Program-made: the position numbers and the translations under genes | Notes under the pieces: model-generated | What the model saw: only the letters and a program-made list of their open reading frames with translations | Database searches by the model: none | Told to the model about the DNA's origin: nothing | Source: Lama guanicoe | Lineage: Eukaryota | NCBI GenBank assembly: GCA_013239625.1 | Contig: MU054037.1 | Span: forward strand, 1 to 64,000 | DNA length: 64,000 nt | Direction of reading: 5' to 3' | In this document: positions 27,001 through 40,096 of the stretch, one piece after another | Layout of the letters: each line of letters starts with the position of its first letter | How positions within the stretch are numbered: position 1 is the stretch's first letter

Positions 27001-27429
27001 AAGACCTTCTCACCACTCTCCAAAATAAACATTCTACTATACCCAGAGCAAACTCTTCTTTATACTCCCTGCCACCTCCATCCTTTGATTTTTGCAATTT
27101 TCCCCCAGTCTAGAGCATTCCACATTTCAAAGCCTGATTCAAACCTCACATCTTCCAGGAAGTTCTCCTGACTCTGGTCCTTCTGTGACCTCCACTAGCA
27201 CTTACAAATCATAACTTTTGTTCATTACTCCAGCTCACTTTCTGTTTACCCTAAGGCGAGGAAGAGGGCTGGGGCACGAACTCATCTACCTTCCACCAAT
27301 CCTAGCAAGGTGTTTAGCACTCCATAAATACAACGGACCCGGATTCAAAGCAAACCAAGCCGTGCTCTCGAATGCTCTACAGTGGAGCGGTTCTCAACCC
27401 TATTAATTCCCAAAGCGGGTAACCAAAGG

Positions 27430-28200
27430 GTTGGCCACAGGACCTGGGGACTTGCAGTCCAGTGGCCCGTGCAGGCCTGGCCCCGGCTGCCGGGGGTCCC
27501 CTGCGGGCTTCCTCCACAGAGCAGGGCTCCACCCAGACAAAATATTGGAGCCTGACAGGGCAGGGTCGGGGGCCCTTCAGGGGCAGTCAGACATTCACCT
27601 GGATGGACAGCGCACTTACGCTACGTCTGAGCAGAGAAGACAGGGCGTGCCATTCACCGCTGACCCTGAGAGGTCACCAACCGCCCAGCACCGGTCCTGC
27701 AGTCCGCACCCCCACATGCCGGACGCCCACCTCGAGCTGGCTCCTCGAACCTCGACATCAGGGCCTTCCCGGACATGCGCGATTCGGCCCCTCAGCCGGT
27801 GGGTCCCGAGCATGCGCAGAGCGTGTGCCTCCGGAAATAAGCGCGCTTCGTCTGTTCGCCCGGCTCCTCGGGCTTGGGGCTGGAATTGCGGCTCCGGTCT
27901 CCGCCTGTTGCGCCTGGCGGGAGCCGCGGGCTTTGATTACCCGCTGCCTGCGTGTGCGTCCCATTAGCCGCCGCAGCTCTGGGGGCTGTTCTGAAGGAGA
28001 CCTGAGAGCGGGGTGGCCTGGGTCGTGAGAGTCCCGGGCGTTTTTCGCGTCCTAGTGAAGAACAGTATCCCCAAGGGGTGGGTATCGGCCACGCGCTTCC
28101 CGACCAGCGCGGGGCGGTGGTGACAACCGGAGTCTCCTCTGAGCAGATGTTCCCGGGGAAAGATGCTCCCGAGTCCGCCGTGGAAGTGCGGTCGCTGGAA
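27430..28200. promoter_or_regulatory. CpG island / promoter of CC2D2B
   Basis: Only GC- and CpG-rich block in an AT-rich window. NRF1-like GCATGCGCA at 27810-27818 and ETS/GABP-like CCGGAAAT at 27831-27838. Lies upstream of the minus-strand CC2D2B exons. Confidence 0.85.
27620..27780 (-). other. CC2D2B: Candidate non-coding first exon of CC2D2B (5' end approximate)
   Basis: Minus-strand donor GC|gtaagt at 27620/27619 at the edge of the CpG island; TSS position is inferred only. Confidence 0.5.
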
Positions 28201-29094
28201 CCAACTCAAAAGAAAGTTACTTTTGGAAAGATTGTTTTGAGCGGCAAAGTTGAAATGAGGACCCGAGTCCTCCTAGTTCTGTTCCTCTACTTGACCCAGC
28301 AGTGTAACTTTTCACATCCGTATGAGGGGAAAGGCAGTGGGGGTAGAGAATTTTATCGGAGAGAATTTGCAGCCACCTTTACCCTTTTCCTGAAAGTTCT
28401 TTGATCTGATCATGCTTTAGAAAATTCTTGAAATTCATATGCCAAATAGGGAAAGCCGACATTATTCACTTATATCCTTGCTTTCAGAGGCTTTAATGAG
28501 TTCAGAGTCTGAAGATAAAATTTCTTATTAAAAAAACTTTAAAGGGAAAAGTGTAGATTTTTTTTATTACTTTAAGCTATTTTTTGAACTCTAGCAGTGA
28601 ATGGAGATGAAAGCAAAGTCTGAGTTTTCTGCTTCCCTTTGAGCTAATTGCAAATTCTTTTTTTCTTAATTCTCATTATGATTAATCACTCGTAAAAGAT
28701 ATTTCTAGTTCAGCTTCTGCATTTTAACTATCCTGGAGTTCAGCTGGCCCACAGAAAGTCCTTCCTATTACCCTCCCAAAGGATTGTGTTTGTTGAGGGT
28801 TTTAGATTTGAAGAAAGTAAAAGCCTTCTTCCAAAGCTGTAGTAAAGATTTTTGTAGCCAGCCAAATTACAGCTCAATGCCTCCCTGTTAGGAGTCTTAG
28901 TAGTCACTTAGTTCTTCTCATTAGGTGCACAAACACCTAATCATATCCCCTTAGTTCTTCAGGTTAAGCTATGAATAGTCCCGAAACTCTTCACATAGGG
29001 CACCATGAGTATGGGCTAGCTGTTTTCCTTGCCTTTTCCATCTGAGTCTTTGCTTCAGTATGAACCTAATTTGGCCCGAAAGATAGCATATCCT

Positions 29095-29290
29095 ATACAT
29101 GGTCAGCAAAGTCTTAACAGTCCAGATAGTAAATATCTTAGGCGTGCAGGCCGTATAGCTTCTGTCACAACTCCTGAAACCTGCCATTGTAGCCTGAAAG
29201 CAGCCACAGACAACGGAAACAAGTGGCCGAGGCTGTGTTCGTAAATCTTTATTTACAAAAACAGATTGCTGAGCTTCCCACCCCTGTTCC
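29095..29290. mobile_element. MER58A-like hAT element
   Basis: ggtcagcaaa...ccagatagtaaatat...ctgccattgtagc.tgaaagcagcca.agacaa...ctttatttacaaaaacag. Confidence 0.7.
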
Positions 29291-30779
29291 ATACTGTTCC
29301 CATCTGCCGTGGGTAAATTTTATTTCCTTCCACAGGGCTGAGACAAAATGCATCTGCACTTAGTCTTCTAACTTGAAGAATATGCTGTACAGTCAGTTTC
29401 TCCAGATCACTATCCTAGTACCTACTTGAACCTTCTAGATGTCTTAAACACCTGGCTCACATTATCTTTTTTTTTGAGATGAGATTTGTATAATATAAAG
29501 TTAACCATTTTAAAGTGAACAATTGAGTGGCATTTAGTACACTCATAAAGTTGTGCCACCACATCTTCTATCCAGTGAAAAAACATTTTCATCACCCCAT
29601 ATCCATTAAGCATCTGCTCCCTGTTACCCCCTTTCCCTAGTCCCTGGCAATTATCGATCTGTGTTCTGTCTCAATGGATTTACCTATTCTTGATAATTCA
29701 TATAAATGGAATCATACAATATATGATCTAATGTGTCTGTCTTCTTTCACTTAGCGTAATGTTTTCAACGTTCATCCACATACAGCATGTAGTAGCATTT
29801 TTATTTCTTTTTATGGCTGAGTAGTGTTCTATTGTATGTATATACCACTGTTTGTTTATCTATTCGTCTGTCAATGGACATTTGGGCTGTTTCCACAATT
29901 TTGCTATTGTGAATAGTGCTGCTGTGAACACACATTTGTTGAGTAACTATTCTCAATTTTTTGAATTAATGGATATGAGAGAACAGTGATTCCCAAATAT
30001 GGCTCTTTGGGGATGACTTGGGGGCTTGCTAAATGTAGACTTCCTTGGCTAACCTTACACCTGATGAATCAATCTCTGAAGAGGGATCCAGGAATTTTTA
30101 TGTTTTTTATGCATTCAAAGTGATTCTGTTGCCAATAGGCCACAATTGGGAATCACTATAATAACAAGGTTAGGTTTCAGAATTGAAATTGATAGGCAAA
30201 AATGCTGAGCTAAAACCAGTAAGATGAAATTTATAGAGGTAACAGTGTAATCCTACAATTGTTGATTTTTTTTTTAAATTGCACTGATAGGATGTGGAGA
30301 CCTGTCTTAGTCATTCATATTAAAAAAAGCAGGGAAGGGAATATTACTTGATGCAGTAGAATGGTGGTTTCTAGGGGCTGGGCAGGTGGGGAGGGAAATA
30401 GGGAGTTTTTAGCCAAGGGATACACAGTTTCAGTTTTGCAAGATGTATAAGTTCTGACGATCTAATATGTAGTATGGTGACTATAGACGGCAACACTGTA
30501 CTATATACTGGAAATTTGCTAACAGGGTAAATCCTAAGTGTTCTCACTACACACACACACACACACACACACACGTGTGAGCTAAGCAGTTGAGGTGATT
30601 GATAGTGGACATAATTGTAGTGATTATTTCACAGTGTATACATATATCAAATCATCAAGTTGTATACCTCAAGTATATAAGATTAAAAAAAAAACCTGTA
30701 AGTGTTCTGTTGGAGTCAACTATCTTGTACGAACTGCCATTCCATTCTCTTGATCCATTATCAAATTTTGAGAAACACC

Positions 30780-31302
30780 TTGTAACAACCCAAGTGCCCA
30801 TCAACAGACGACTAGATTAAGAAGATGTATACATACACATATATACATACACACACACAGTGGAATATTACTCAGACATAGAAAAGAATGAAATACTGCC
30901 ATTTGTAGCAACATGGATGGACCTAGAGATTACGTTTAGTGAAATAAGACAGAGAAGGACAAACACTGTAATGATATCACTTATAAATAGAATCTAAGAA
31001 GTAATACAGATGAATGTATATGCAAAACAGAAATAGACTCACAGATATAGAAAACAAACCTGTGGTTACCAAAGAGGAAAGGGAAGGGGGGAGGGACAAA
31101 TTAGGGGTAGAGATTAATAGATACAAACCATAAAATGTATAAAATAGATAAACAGTAAGGATATACTGTACAGCACAGGGAATTATACCCATTATCTTAT
31201 AATAACCTATAATGGAGTATAATTTGCAAAAATACTGAATCACTATGCTGTATACCTAAAACTAACACAATATTGTCAATCAACTATACTTCAATTAAAA
31301 AA
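30780..31302 (+). mobile_element. L1 3' end
   Basis: caacatggatggacctagagatta...caactatacttcaattaaaaaa. Confidence 0.8.
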
Positions 31303-32643
31303 GACATCTTGCCCGTAAAACATGCATGAAAAGCAAAACTTACAATTTAAAGTAGGTGACTCATTAGCTTTCGTCAGCTTCTCAGTGTCAAAAAAATATT
31401 TTAGACGAGATTGTCTGAAACTAACATAATCCATTGATTTGCTGCTACACCAAAATGATTCTGCTACTTTAACTTACAGTCTGAAAAGAAATAGGCAAAT
31501 AGAGCTGCCGTGGTCATGATTCTTCCTGCAGCATGAAAGGGGGCCTATAAAATATGTCCTACCTCCTTTCATGCAAGACATATCCTTCTGTTAAGGACCT
31601 TAACCCTACATTTACTTTAACCATGTTGCACCATGCAGTGATTTTGCTCACCTTCACCATTTGACTGTAAAAGAGTATATTTTACTCTTTTCCATGAAAT
31701 TTCAATCCTATTTTATCACTGATTATAATTAACACTTGTTTCTGCAAGATTGGCAAAATGATGACAATTAATGGAGTTCCGTAATGGGCACATGGATGTG
31801 TATTATATTATTCTACTTTATGTTTGAAAATTCTAATAACAAAAAGTTAAAAATAACTTGTTTCTGTTTAGACCTCTCTGTCCAGAAGATAACTGGAGAA
31901 TACATCCTTCAAATGGATTTAACTGTAGGAGACAGAGCAGATTCGCACCGTATTCTTCACGGGGAACTTGCATCTTCAAGTGTATTCCTAGAAGGTAGTT
32001 CAGTTGACTAATGTAGAGGTAAGAATCCAAGAGATACGGAATAGCACAAAAGGTCATATTTTTAAGCTACTGATTATAAGTATAGTATGACTGTTGACTG
32101 AAGAGCTGAAAAGAAAGAGAGCATTATGATTTACCACCAAGAAAAAACTGCAGTTGGTATTAAGTAGTTCACTTTAAAAGCAGCCCACTATTTACCTGTA
32201 TTTGTCCCCTTTTTCATTTTTCATTTTTACTGGGCCAAAAATAATTTCAAAATTAAAAAAAAATTAAGTTGTATGTCAGAAGACAACTTGTGCTATTACA
32301 AAATTAGCCATCTACATTTTTTTAATGTTTATGTGTTTCTAAATATAAGGAAACTAACAATGTGGAGTACATATTATTGTTGATTTTTCAAAACTGGAAA
32401 TCGATTTATTTATTGAGGCTCTACTTTTAGTTACACCTGCTAATGAATTGCGTTTCTGGTTTCAAACTTTGTAAAAAAAATAATTTCCTTATGATTCATT
32501 TTTTCATATTACAAATAATTATTGTGTGCATATGGCAGGAGATTGTAGCTTCTACCCAGGTGGTTAAACTAAAAAACCATAGTATTTTAAAACCCATTAG
32601 AACTCTTTCATCCTTGGTAGAGTGGCAGGAAAGGAAAAGGCTA

Positions 32644-34063
32644 AATTTAATTGGGTCCCATTTGTTTATTCTTGCTTTTATTTCTATTGCTTGGGTAGAC
32701 TGCCCTAGGAGAATATTTTTGAGATGTATGTGAGATAATGTTTTGCCTATATTTTCTTCTAGGAGGTTTATTGTATCTTGTCTTATGTTTAATTCTTTAA
32801 TCCATTTTGAGTTTATTTTTGTATATAGTATAAGGGAGTGTTCTAGCTTCATTGATTTTTTTTTAACATTTTTTTATTGAGTCATAGTCATTTTACAGTG
32901 TTGTGTCAAATTCCAGTGTAGAGCACAATTTTTCAGTTATACATGAACATATATATATTCATTGTCACATTTTTTTCACTGTGAGTTACCATAAGATCTT
33001 ATATATATTTCCTTGTGCTATACAGTATAATCTTGTTTATTTATTCTACATTTTGAAATCCCAGTCTGTCACTTCCCACCCTCCGCCCCCTTGGCAACCA
33101 CAAGTTTGTATTCTATGTCTATGAGTCTGTTTCTGTTTTGTATTTATGTTTTGTTTTTTTTTTTAGATTCCTCATATGAACGATCTCACATGGTAAGATC
33201 TCATATTTTTCTTTCTCTTTCTGGCTTACTTCACTTAGGATGACATTCTCCAGGAACATCCATGTTGCTGCAAATGGTGTTATGTTGTGGGTTTTTATGA
33301 CTGAATAGTATTCCATTGCATAAATATACCACATCTTCTTTATCCAGTCAGCTGTTGATGGACATTTAGGCTGTTTCCATGTCTTGGCTATTGTAAATAG
33401 TGCTGCTATGAACATTGGGGTGCAGGTGTCTTTCTGAAGTAGGGTTCCTTCTGGATATATGCCCAGGAGCGGGATTCCTGGGTCATATGGTAAGTCTATT
33501 CCTAGTCTTTTGAGGAATCTCCATACTGTTTTCCACAGTGGCTGCACCAAACTGCCTTCCCATCAGCAATGTAAGAAGGTTCCCTTTTCTCCACAGCCTC
33601 TCCAGCATTTGTCATTTGTGGACTTTTGAATGATGGCCATTCTCACTGGTATGAGGTGATACCTCATTGTAGTTTTGATTTGCATTTCTCTGATAGTTAG
33701 TGATATTGAGCATTTTTTCATGTGCCTATTGATCATTTGTATTTCTTCCTTAGAGAATTGCTTGTTTAGGTCTTTTGCCCATTTTTGGATGGGGTTGTTT
33801 GTTTCTTTCTTGTTAAGTCATATGCTGCTTACATATTCTGGAAATCAAGCTTTTGCCGGTTTCATTTGCATATACAGAATAGATAAATAAGATTATACTG
33901 TATAGCACAGGGAACTATATATAAGATCTTGTGGTAGCTCACAGTGAAAAAAAAATGTGACAATGAATATATGTATGTTCATGTATAACTGAAAAATTGT
34001 GCTCTATACTGGAATTTGACACATTGTAAAATGACTATTAACTCTAAAAATGTTTTTTAAAAA
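32644..34063. mobile_element. Composite L1 insertion with inverted segments and 17-bp TSD
   Basis: AGGAAAGGAAAAGGCTA at 32627-32643 and 34064-34080. Inside: minus ORF2 piece 32644-32855, minus L1 3' end 32856-33870, plus L1 3' end ~33868-34063. Confidence 0.85.
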
Positions 34064-35747
34064 AGGAAAGGAAAAGGCTATCATTGACAGAAATAATAAG
34101 AAACCATTGAACTTTTAAACAATTTTTAAAGGTTGCATTATGGATCACCTGCTAGCTCTTTCCTATGGGGTTCTACTAAGAGCACAGGGGTAATACACTG
34201 AAGGCTGGGGACAGGGTGGAAGAGCTGGGAGAAAGCCTTCGAGGCACACCAGTTCTGCACTGAGTGTTGGGCAGTGGCTCCCCAAAGGCAGAGGGCAAAG
34301 CAGACAGAAACCTCCTGAGGCATAGAAAGCTGACAAAGGAAGAAACATTTGAGGATTGTTGTGTAGGAGAGGAAGTAAGCTTTGTAAGGGGCACTTGAGC
34401 TAAATGAAGAATGGCAGTCAGGTAGTAGATGAGCACTTATCTGAGAGCCAGCAGAAGGAACTCCATGGAATAGTAAAGTAATATATATCTTTGATACCCG
34501 AAGTCTGGTCCCTAGACAGCTGTAGTGGCATCACCTGGTAGCTTGTTAGAAATGTAGAACCTCAGCCTCACCCCAGGCCTACTGAAACATTTTTTATTAA
34601 TTAAAATTAAATAATTTTTAATTTCAACAGGACCCCTAGGTGAGTCATATGCACATTTAATTTTGATAAACATGACCTTTTAAGATGCATTCTAATCCTT
34701 AAAATTCTACTTTAATAATACAGTTGTGTGTAGTGAGCTATATTAAAACTAAATGCATGGTCCAGAAGGAAGGGTTCAGTGTAGGTAATCAAAGACTTCA
34801 CTGAGGAATCAGGAGTAGAGCTGGTCCTTAAAACCTGGAGGAAGAGGATGGTCATGTCATGAGATAACATAAATAAGGATACTGATGCAGAAGTAGTGGT
34901 ATGGACCAGCCCACCTGGCAGTGGTCAGGGAGATTAACTAGGACTGTTACCATAGTTCCTGCTAATATACCTCTGAACCCAACTTTTCAGAAAGAGATGT
35001 CACATATCTTGTCCCCATGGAGCTTAACCCAGATACTGAATAAAATGGTCTGAATGCTCTAATGGAGGCTGAGGCAAAGGGCTATGGTAGCACAGGGAAG
35101 AAGCAATTTATTCTGGCTTGGAGAGTCAGAGATGACTTAACTGAAGAAGAGGCATTTGAGCTGAGTTCTGAAGGTAGTGGGGACAAAGGTATTACAAGTT
35201 GAGCAAATATCTGAACAGTGCCAGGTAAAGAATCAGTCTGACTTGGCTAGAGTGTAAGGCGTATCAGAGGAGGGAGTGGGTGTGAGCCTGGGGAGAACTT
35301 GTAGGCATGGATCAGAGGGCTTGAATGTCTGTTGGAGTGTCTGATTTATTTGTAACATAGGCAATAGAAAGCCACCATCAGTTTTAGTTGGGGAGCAATC
35401 TGATTAAGCCCACTTTTTATGAAGATTAATCTGGCAGTAATAAATTAGAGACAAGATCACTGTTCCTGATAGCAGGTCTTTACTGGGGTGATAACAACAT
35501 GATTGTAAAGGTGAATCAAAATGAAAAATGTTTCAAAGGAGAATGGGCAGATCCTATCAATGAATTTGATTCTGATCTTGAGTCAGTAATGGCATTAATC
35601 ATGAAAAAAATGCAAGAGGAGGTGCAGGTTTAGGAGGAAAGATTTAGGAGTTCAGTTTAAGTCATCCTAAGTACACACTGTTCCCTGCCTAGCTCACAAG
35701 ACTTTCCTCCCCTCTCTTGCTAGAACTTCATTATAAGAAATGATGTT

Positions 35748-36385
35748 TGCGTCGCTAATTATTAGAGAAATGCAAATCAAAACTACAGTGAGATACCACC
35801 TCATGCCAGTCAGAATGGCCATCACTAAAAAGTCTATAAATAACAAATGCTGGAGAGGGTGTAGAGAAAAGGGAATCTTCCTACACTGCTGGTGGGAATG
35901 TAAATTGTTGCAGCCACTATGGAAAACAGAATGGCAGTTCCTTAAAAAACTGAAAATAGAGTTGCTATATGATCCTGCAGTCCCACTCCTGGGCATATAT
36001 CTGGAGAAAACTCTTAATTCCAAAAGATACATGCACCCCAGTGTTCATAGCAGCACTATTTGCAGTAGCCAACACATGGAAACAACCTAAATGTCCATCA
36101 ACATACTATTCAGCCATTAAAAAAAATGAAATAATGCCATTTGCAGCAACATGGATGGACCTAGAGATTATCATACTAAGTGATGTAAATCAGAAAGAGA
36201 AAGATAAATACCATATGCTATCACTTATATGTGGAGTTTAAAATATGACACAGGGAACAATACCCTGTAATAAACCATAATGGAAAAGAATATGAAAAAA
36301 TATGTATATATGTATAACTGAATCACTTTGCTGTACCCCAGAAACTAACACAACATTGTAAATCAACTATATTTCAATTAAGAAA
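35748..36385 (+). mobile_element. L1 3' end with TSD
   Basis: ORF2 motif [19 protein letters not shown]; flanked by aagaaa(a)tgatgtt on both sides. Confidence 0.88.
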
Positions 36386-37944
36386 ATGATGTTGTCTCTC
36401 AGGTGACCGTATCTCACTTGTCATTGTCTAATCCATGTTCTGCGGTAAGCTCTGCTATTCAACGTGCAAAAGTGATGTAAAAATAAAAAGTCAACTCAGG
36501 TGCTGATGAGCATGGTGCCATCATTGTATCATCAGTTTAAATTTAGAAATTAATTTACTTAAAATAGAGAAATGAAAAGGTATAGCAATGCTTTTATCAC
36601 ATGTACAGTCTTAAATGCCACTTTCTAAAGAGAGGGCTCATAGAGACACTCCTTTCCCCATTATTAAAAAATCCATTAAACCTGTGTTAAAGCTAATTAT
36701 GTTCAGTTGTATTAGATTCACATGCAAATAAAAACTTGGGTAGTTACTATACATTGACCTAAATACATAAAATAAAGAAGATAAAACGGTCTCTTAGAAA
36801 ATCTATCATTTTGGAATGTGAGACTGATTTGGGAGCTGCTGAAGCGTCCCGATTAAGGTTGTGGAAAGAAGTTGCAATTGATGATGTCTTGGAAGAAATG
36901 ACATTTTTTAAAAAGAATATTCTTTGGCAAGATAAGTAGATTGTAATTTACAGAAAACACACCTTTTAGTTAATGAGACACCGGGGTAGACTGAATCGTT
37001 GTGCCCAATGTTTCATGACTTTTCCATGTTAAAATTAGTCATTCATGTCCTTTGCCCCATGACTCTGCCATTCCTCCCAGTGTTTCTCCAACTTGCTAAT
37101 GTTGGGCTTGGCCACATGACTTATTTTGGTCCTTAGAATGTGAATGGAAGTAACAGGGGGACCATCCTAGCCAAAGCCTGAAGAGGCATCCTGTATCTTC
37201 TCTCCCTCTCTTGTGCCCTGCCACATAAGGGGAACATGGCCCAGGAAGCCACCAGACAAGGAGAGTGTGTAATATGTCAGGCTGGAGCCAGACGAACTGC
37301 AAGAAGTAGAGATACTAACTGACTTGCAGATCCAAGGATGTGAAAATCAATGTTTATTGTGGTAAGCCACTGAAACTTTGAGGTTGTTATAAGAAATTTA
37401 AAAAGTAAAACTAGCACAAACTAAAAGAAATACCTGGCTCGTGAGCACAGATGGCAGTTATTAGAATCTGAATCAGAGAGCGATGAGACCAGTTTGGGTG
37501 AAATTCTGCTCACTTTTCAAACTGACAATAAATAAGAATATGTTTTAATAGTAACTTTACTATTGTATGGTAAACTTTGCTCTGTGAGCTATTAGGAAAC
37601 TAACCTTATTTTAATATTCAAATTTACATTTTGACTAAGGATAAGCATCCAAATTATCTGTATTATCTTTGAATCCAGATTAAATTTCCCAAAGGTGTTT
37701 CATCAGGCATATTGGCCTGAATAATAGGCATCTCTCTTCACAGGAAAAGGCAACAAAACCTGAGCAATAAAGTGAAATTCTGAGCTGAGATCTTTAAAGC
37801 TTGTTAAGAACAATCTTAAACTTTATATACAATAAATAATAACAAGAATGTTATAGCATCTATAGCTGTGAAAAAAAATTCCCCCTCAAGAGAAAGACAG
37901 AATATTATTGCCTGTGTCTTTTTAGCTTTGCATATACTTGTAGA

Positions 37945-38112
37945 CAATGTGCTATTCAATATAGTAGCCATGAGTCACAGGTGGCTATTGAGCAGCTGAA
38001 ATGTAGTCCTGATTAAGGTGTGCTGTAACATGATATACACAACAGGTTTCAAAAACTTAATATAAAAAAACAAATATCTCATTAATAACATATATTAATT
38101 ACATGTTGAAAT
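37945..38112. mobile_element. MER3/MER33-like hAT-Charlie fragment interrupted by the MULE
   Basis: gtgctattcaatatagtagcc...gtggctattgagca...tacatgttgaaat resembles MER3/MER33. Confidence 0.6.
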
Positions 38113-38979
38113 GGGTTCTAGGTACTTTCACCTTAAACATCTTTGCCATAGACATCACTGCCACAAGCATTTTTACTGCAAATATTTGCATTGAATAATT
38201 GATTGGCTGTGAGGCAAATTCCCTGTAAAAGATGAAATAACTGGTTGACAGGTTTGGGTTTGACACTTTGGTTTCAACTGGTTGAAATGCGTTAGCATTT
38301 CTTCCACTTGGTGACATTATTAATGGCTTTATTGAGCTGGTAGATTTACCCCAAGAGTTGGTTTCTTATTTTGAGACACAGTACATTGGAGGAGAAAGAG
38401 GCCAAGGTTCTGGAAGGTGCAGAGTTGAACCCACATTTCCCACAGAACTTAGGAACGTCTATCAGTGGGCATGTGACAATATGCCAAAAACAAACAACAA
38501 CCATGTAGAAGCTTTCACGACACAATGCAAAGCTCAGTTACAAAGATGCCTCTAAGTATTTGGAAACTGGTATCTCTTTTAGTGAAGGAAGAAATTTTAG
38601 CAAAAAAGGAAAAGTACAATGCCAAATGAGGAGGAGAATATCAATGAGCAAAAACTAACAAACAAAATATATAAAATGCTATGAATGAAAGATTTGGAAG
38701 CCAGGTGCTTAGGTATAACCCACAAAATAAATTCAGTTATTTGTCCAGTATTGCCACAAACCTATACACATTTTAAATGTACTCAAATATTTTGTATTTC
38801 ACAATAAAGCCTTGAATTTTGTTATTCATTTCAGTATGCTTTTTAAATATCCCTCTTTTGTTTTTCATTATTTTATCTTTTATGGCAAAACTGCTTTACA
38901 GCCAAGTAGTTATGCAGTGAAAATGTTTGTGGCAAAGATGTCTCTGGCAAAGATGCTTACAGCAAAAGAACCTAAAACC
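38113..38979 (+). mobile_element. Mutator-like (MULE/MuDR, Ricksha-type) DNA transposon, internally deleted
   Basis: ~120-bp imperfect terminal inverted repeats (38113-38240 / 38870-38979) with CATCTTTGCCA subrepeats. Internal transposase remnant ALAFLP...YFETQYIG...PTFP.EL.NVY...MPKTNNNHVEAF/H...SIWKL...KEE. Confidence 0.8.
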
Positions 38980-39049
38980 AGCAATAACTCTCTCACTAAA
39001 TTAAACCCCAGGTCAGTAAGATATGGCATGGCTTTAAAACTGAGTGATC

Positions 39050-39123
39050 ATCTTTGTGGTGCAACTGGTTAGCATGTTTGGCTGTTAATGGAAAGGTTGA
39101 TGGTTCAAGCCTACCCCAGGATG
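39050..39123 (+). pseudogene. tRNA-Asn(GTT) pseudogene
   Basis: 74 nt ATCTTTGTGGTGCAACTGGTTAGCATGTTTGGCTGTTAATGGAAAGGTTGATGGTTCAAGCCTACCCCAGGATG is colinear with vertebrate tRNA-Asn. Anticodon GTT at 39084-39086; no CpG remains; stems partly broken. Confidence 0.88.
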
Positions 39124-40096
39124 GTCCTGTCTCCAGCCAGTTTCTTGGTGATGAAAATATTCTGGAACTAGATAGGGGTGACAGTTGTACAACATTGTGA
39201 ATGTATTAAATGCCACTAAATTGTTCATGTTATAATGGTGAATTTTATGTTATATGCATTTTACCACAATAAAAACAAAACCCCAATAGATGTATTGGAG
39301 GGTGCATATTCCCAGCCCTGTGTTGTGGCTGTATTTTTCTTCCTGACATATGTACACCTACCATATAACATGCCCTGATATCTGAATGCCTATATATGTA
39401 CAGCAGCTTTTTAAACAATCTGGTCTGGGTATTCCACTGTAGCATTTGGGGGTCACCCAGGAATATGTGACTCTTCCACATCCCTCTTTTGGTTTGGACT
39501 AACTATTGTATCAACTGCATAAGCACATAAATTCCTTTGCAAGACTCTTGGGCCTAGCACATATTTGCCTAGTCTAGAAAATTCTCCCATGCAAAGGGCA
39601 GGCTAGGAATGGGATATATGTCTGTCCTCTCCAAAGACATTTATAACTTTCTCAATAAATGGGAAAGAGGAAGGAGAAAGAGCCTGTAAGACCACAACTG
39701 ACTCAGTTCCTGAGATTCTTCTTTTAGCCAGCGCAGCTTCCCAGCACAGGACTCAGGACTCTCAGTGCTTCTGGACAAAGTCATATTGTTCTTTTATATA
39801 GCAAAGATCATGAAAAGGAGGGAGGTCTTTAAGACCTACACAAGCACAGAGTACAAAAGAGAAAGGGGGGAGTTTGGAAAGACTCACAGCAGAGACAACG
39901 TCTGCCAGGAAGTCCTTGAGGCAGAGGATGGTGAATATCTCCCACGGAAAGGCTTCAACAAAAGCCAAGGAAGCTTCATGCTGGTCAAGACTGGCCTTGG
40001 TGAACAAGGAATCATGACCTTGTACACCTTGTGGAGGAAAGTGTTCCCTGGGCAAGTTTTCTTCTCACTCCAGCCAGCAGATTTCAGCTGCTCCTG

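Noticed and set aside
27431..28404. Longest ORFs in the window (178, 188, 108 aa)
   Set aside because: They sit in the GC-rich CpG island where stops are rare. They overlap in several frames, are Pro/Arg/Gly/Ala-biased and show no recognisable domain.
33119..33550. 143-aa ORF and similar ORFs at 6183, 35740, 45455, 49679
   Set aside because: L1 ORF2 C-terminal fragments, not host genes.
39600..39800. Proximal ENTPD1 poly(A) site
   Set aside because: Only TATAAA variants (~39642, ~39793) are present, so the 3' end cannot be fixed from sequence alone.
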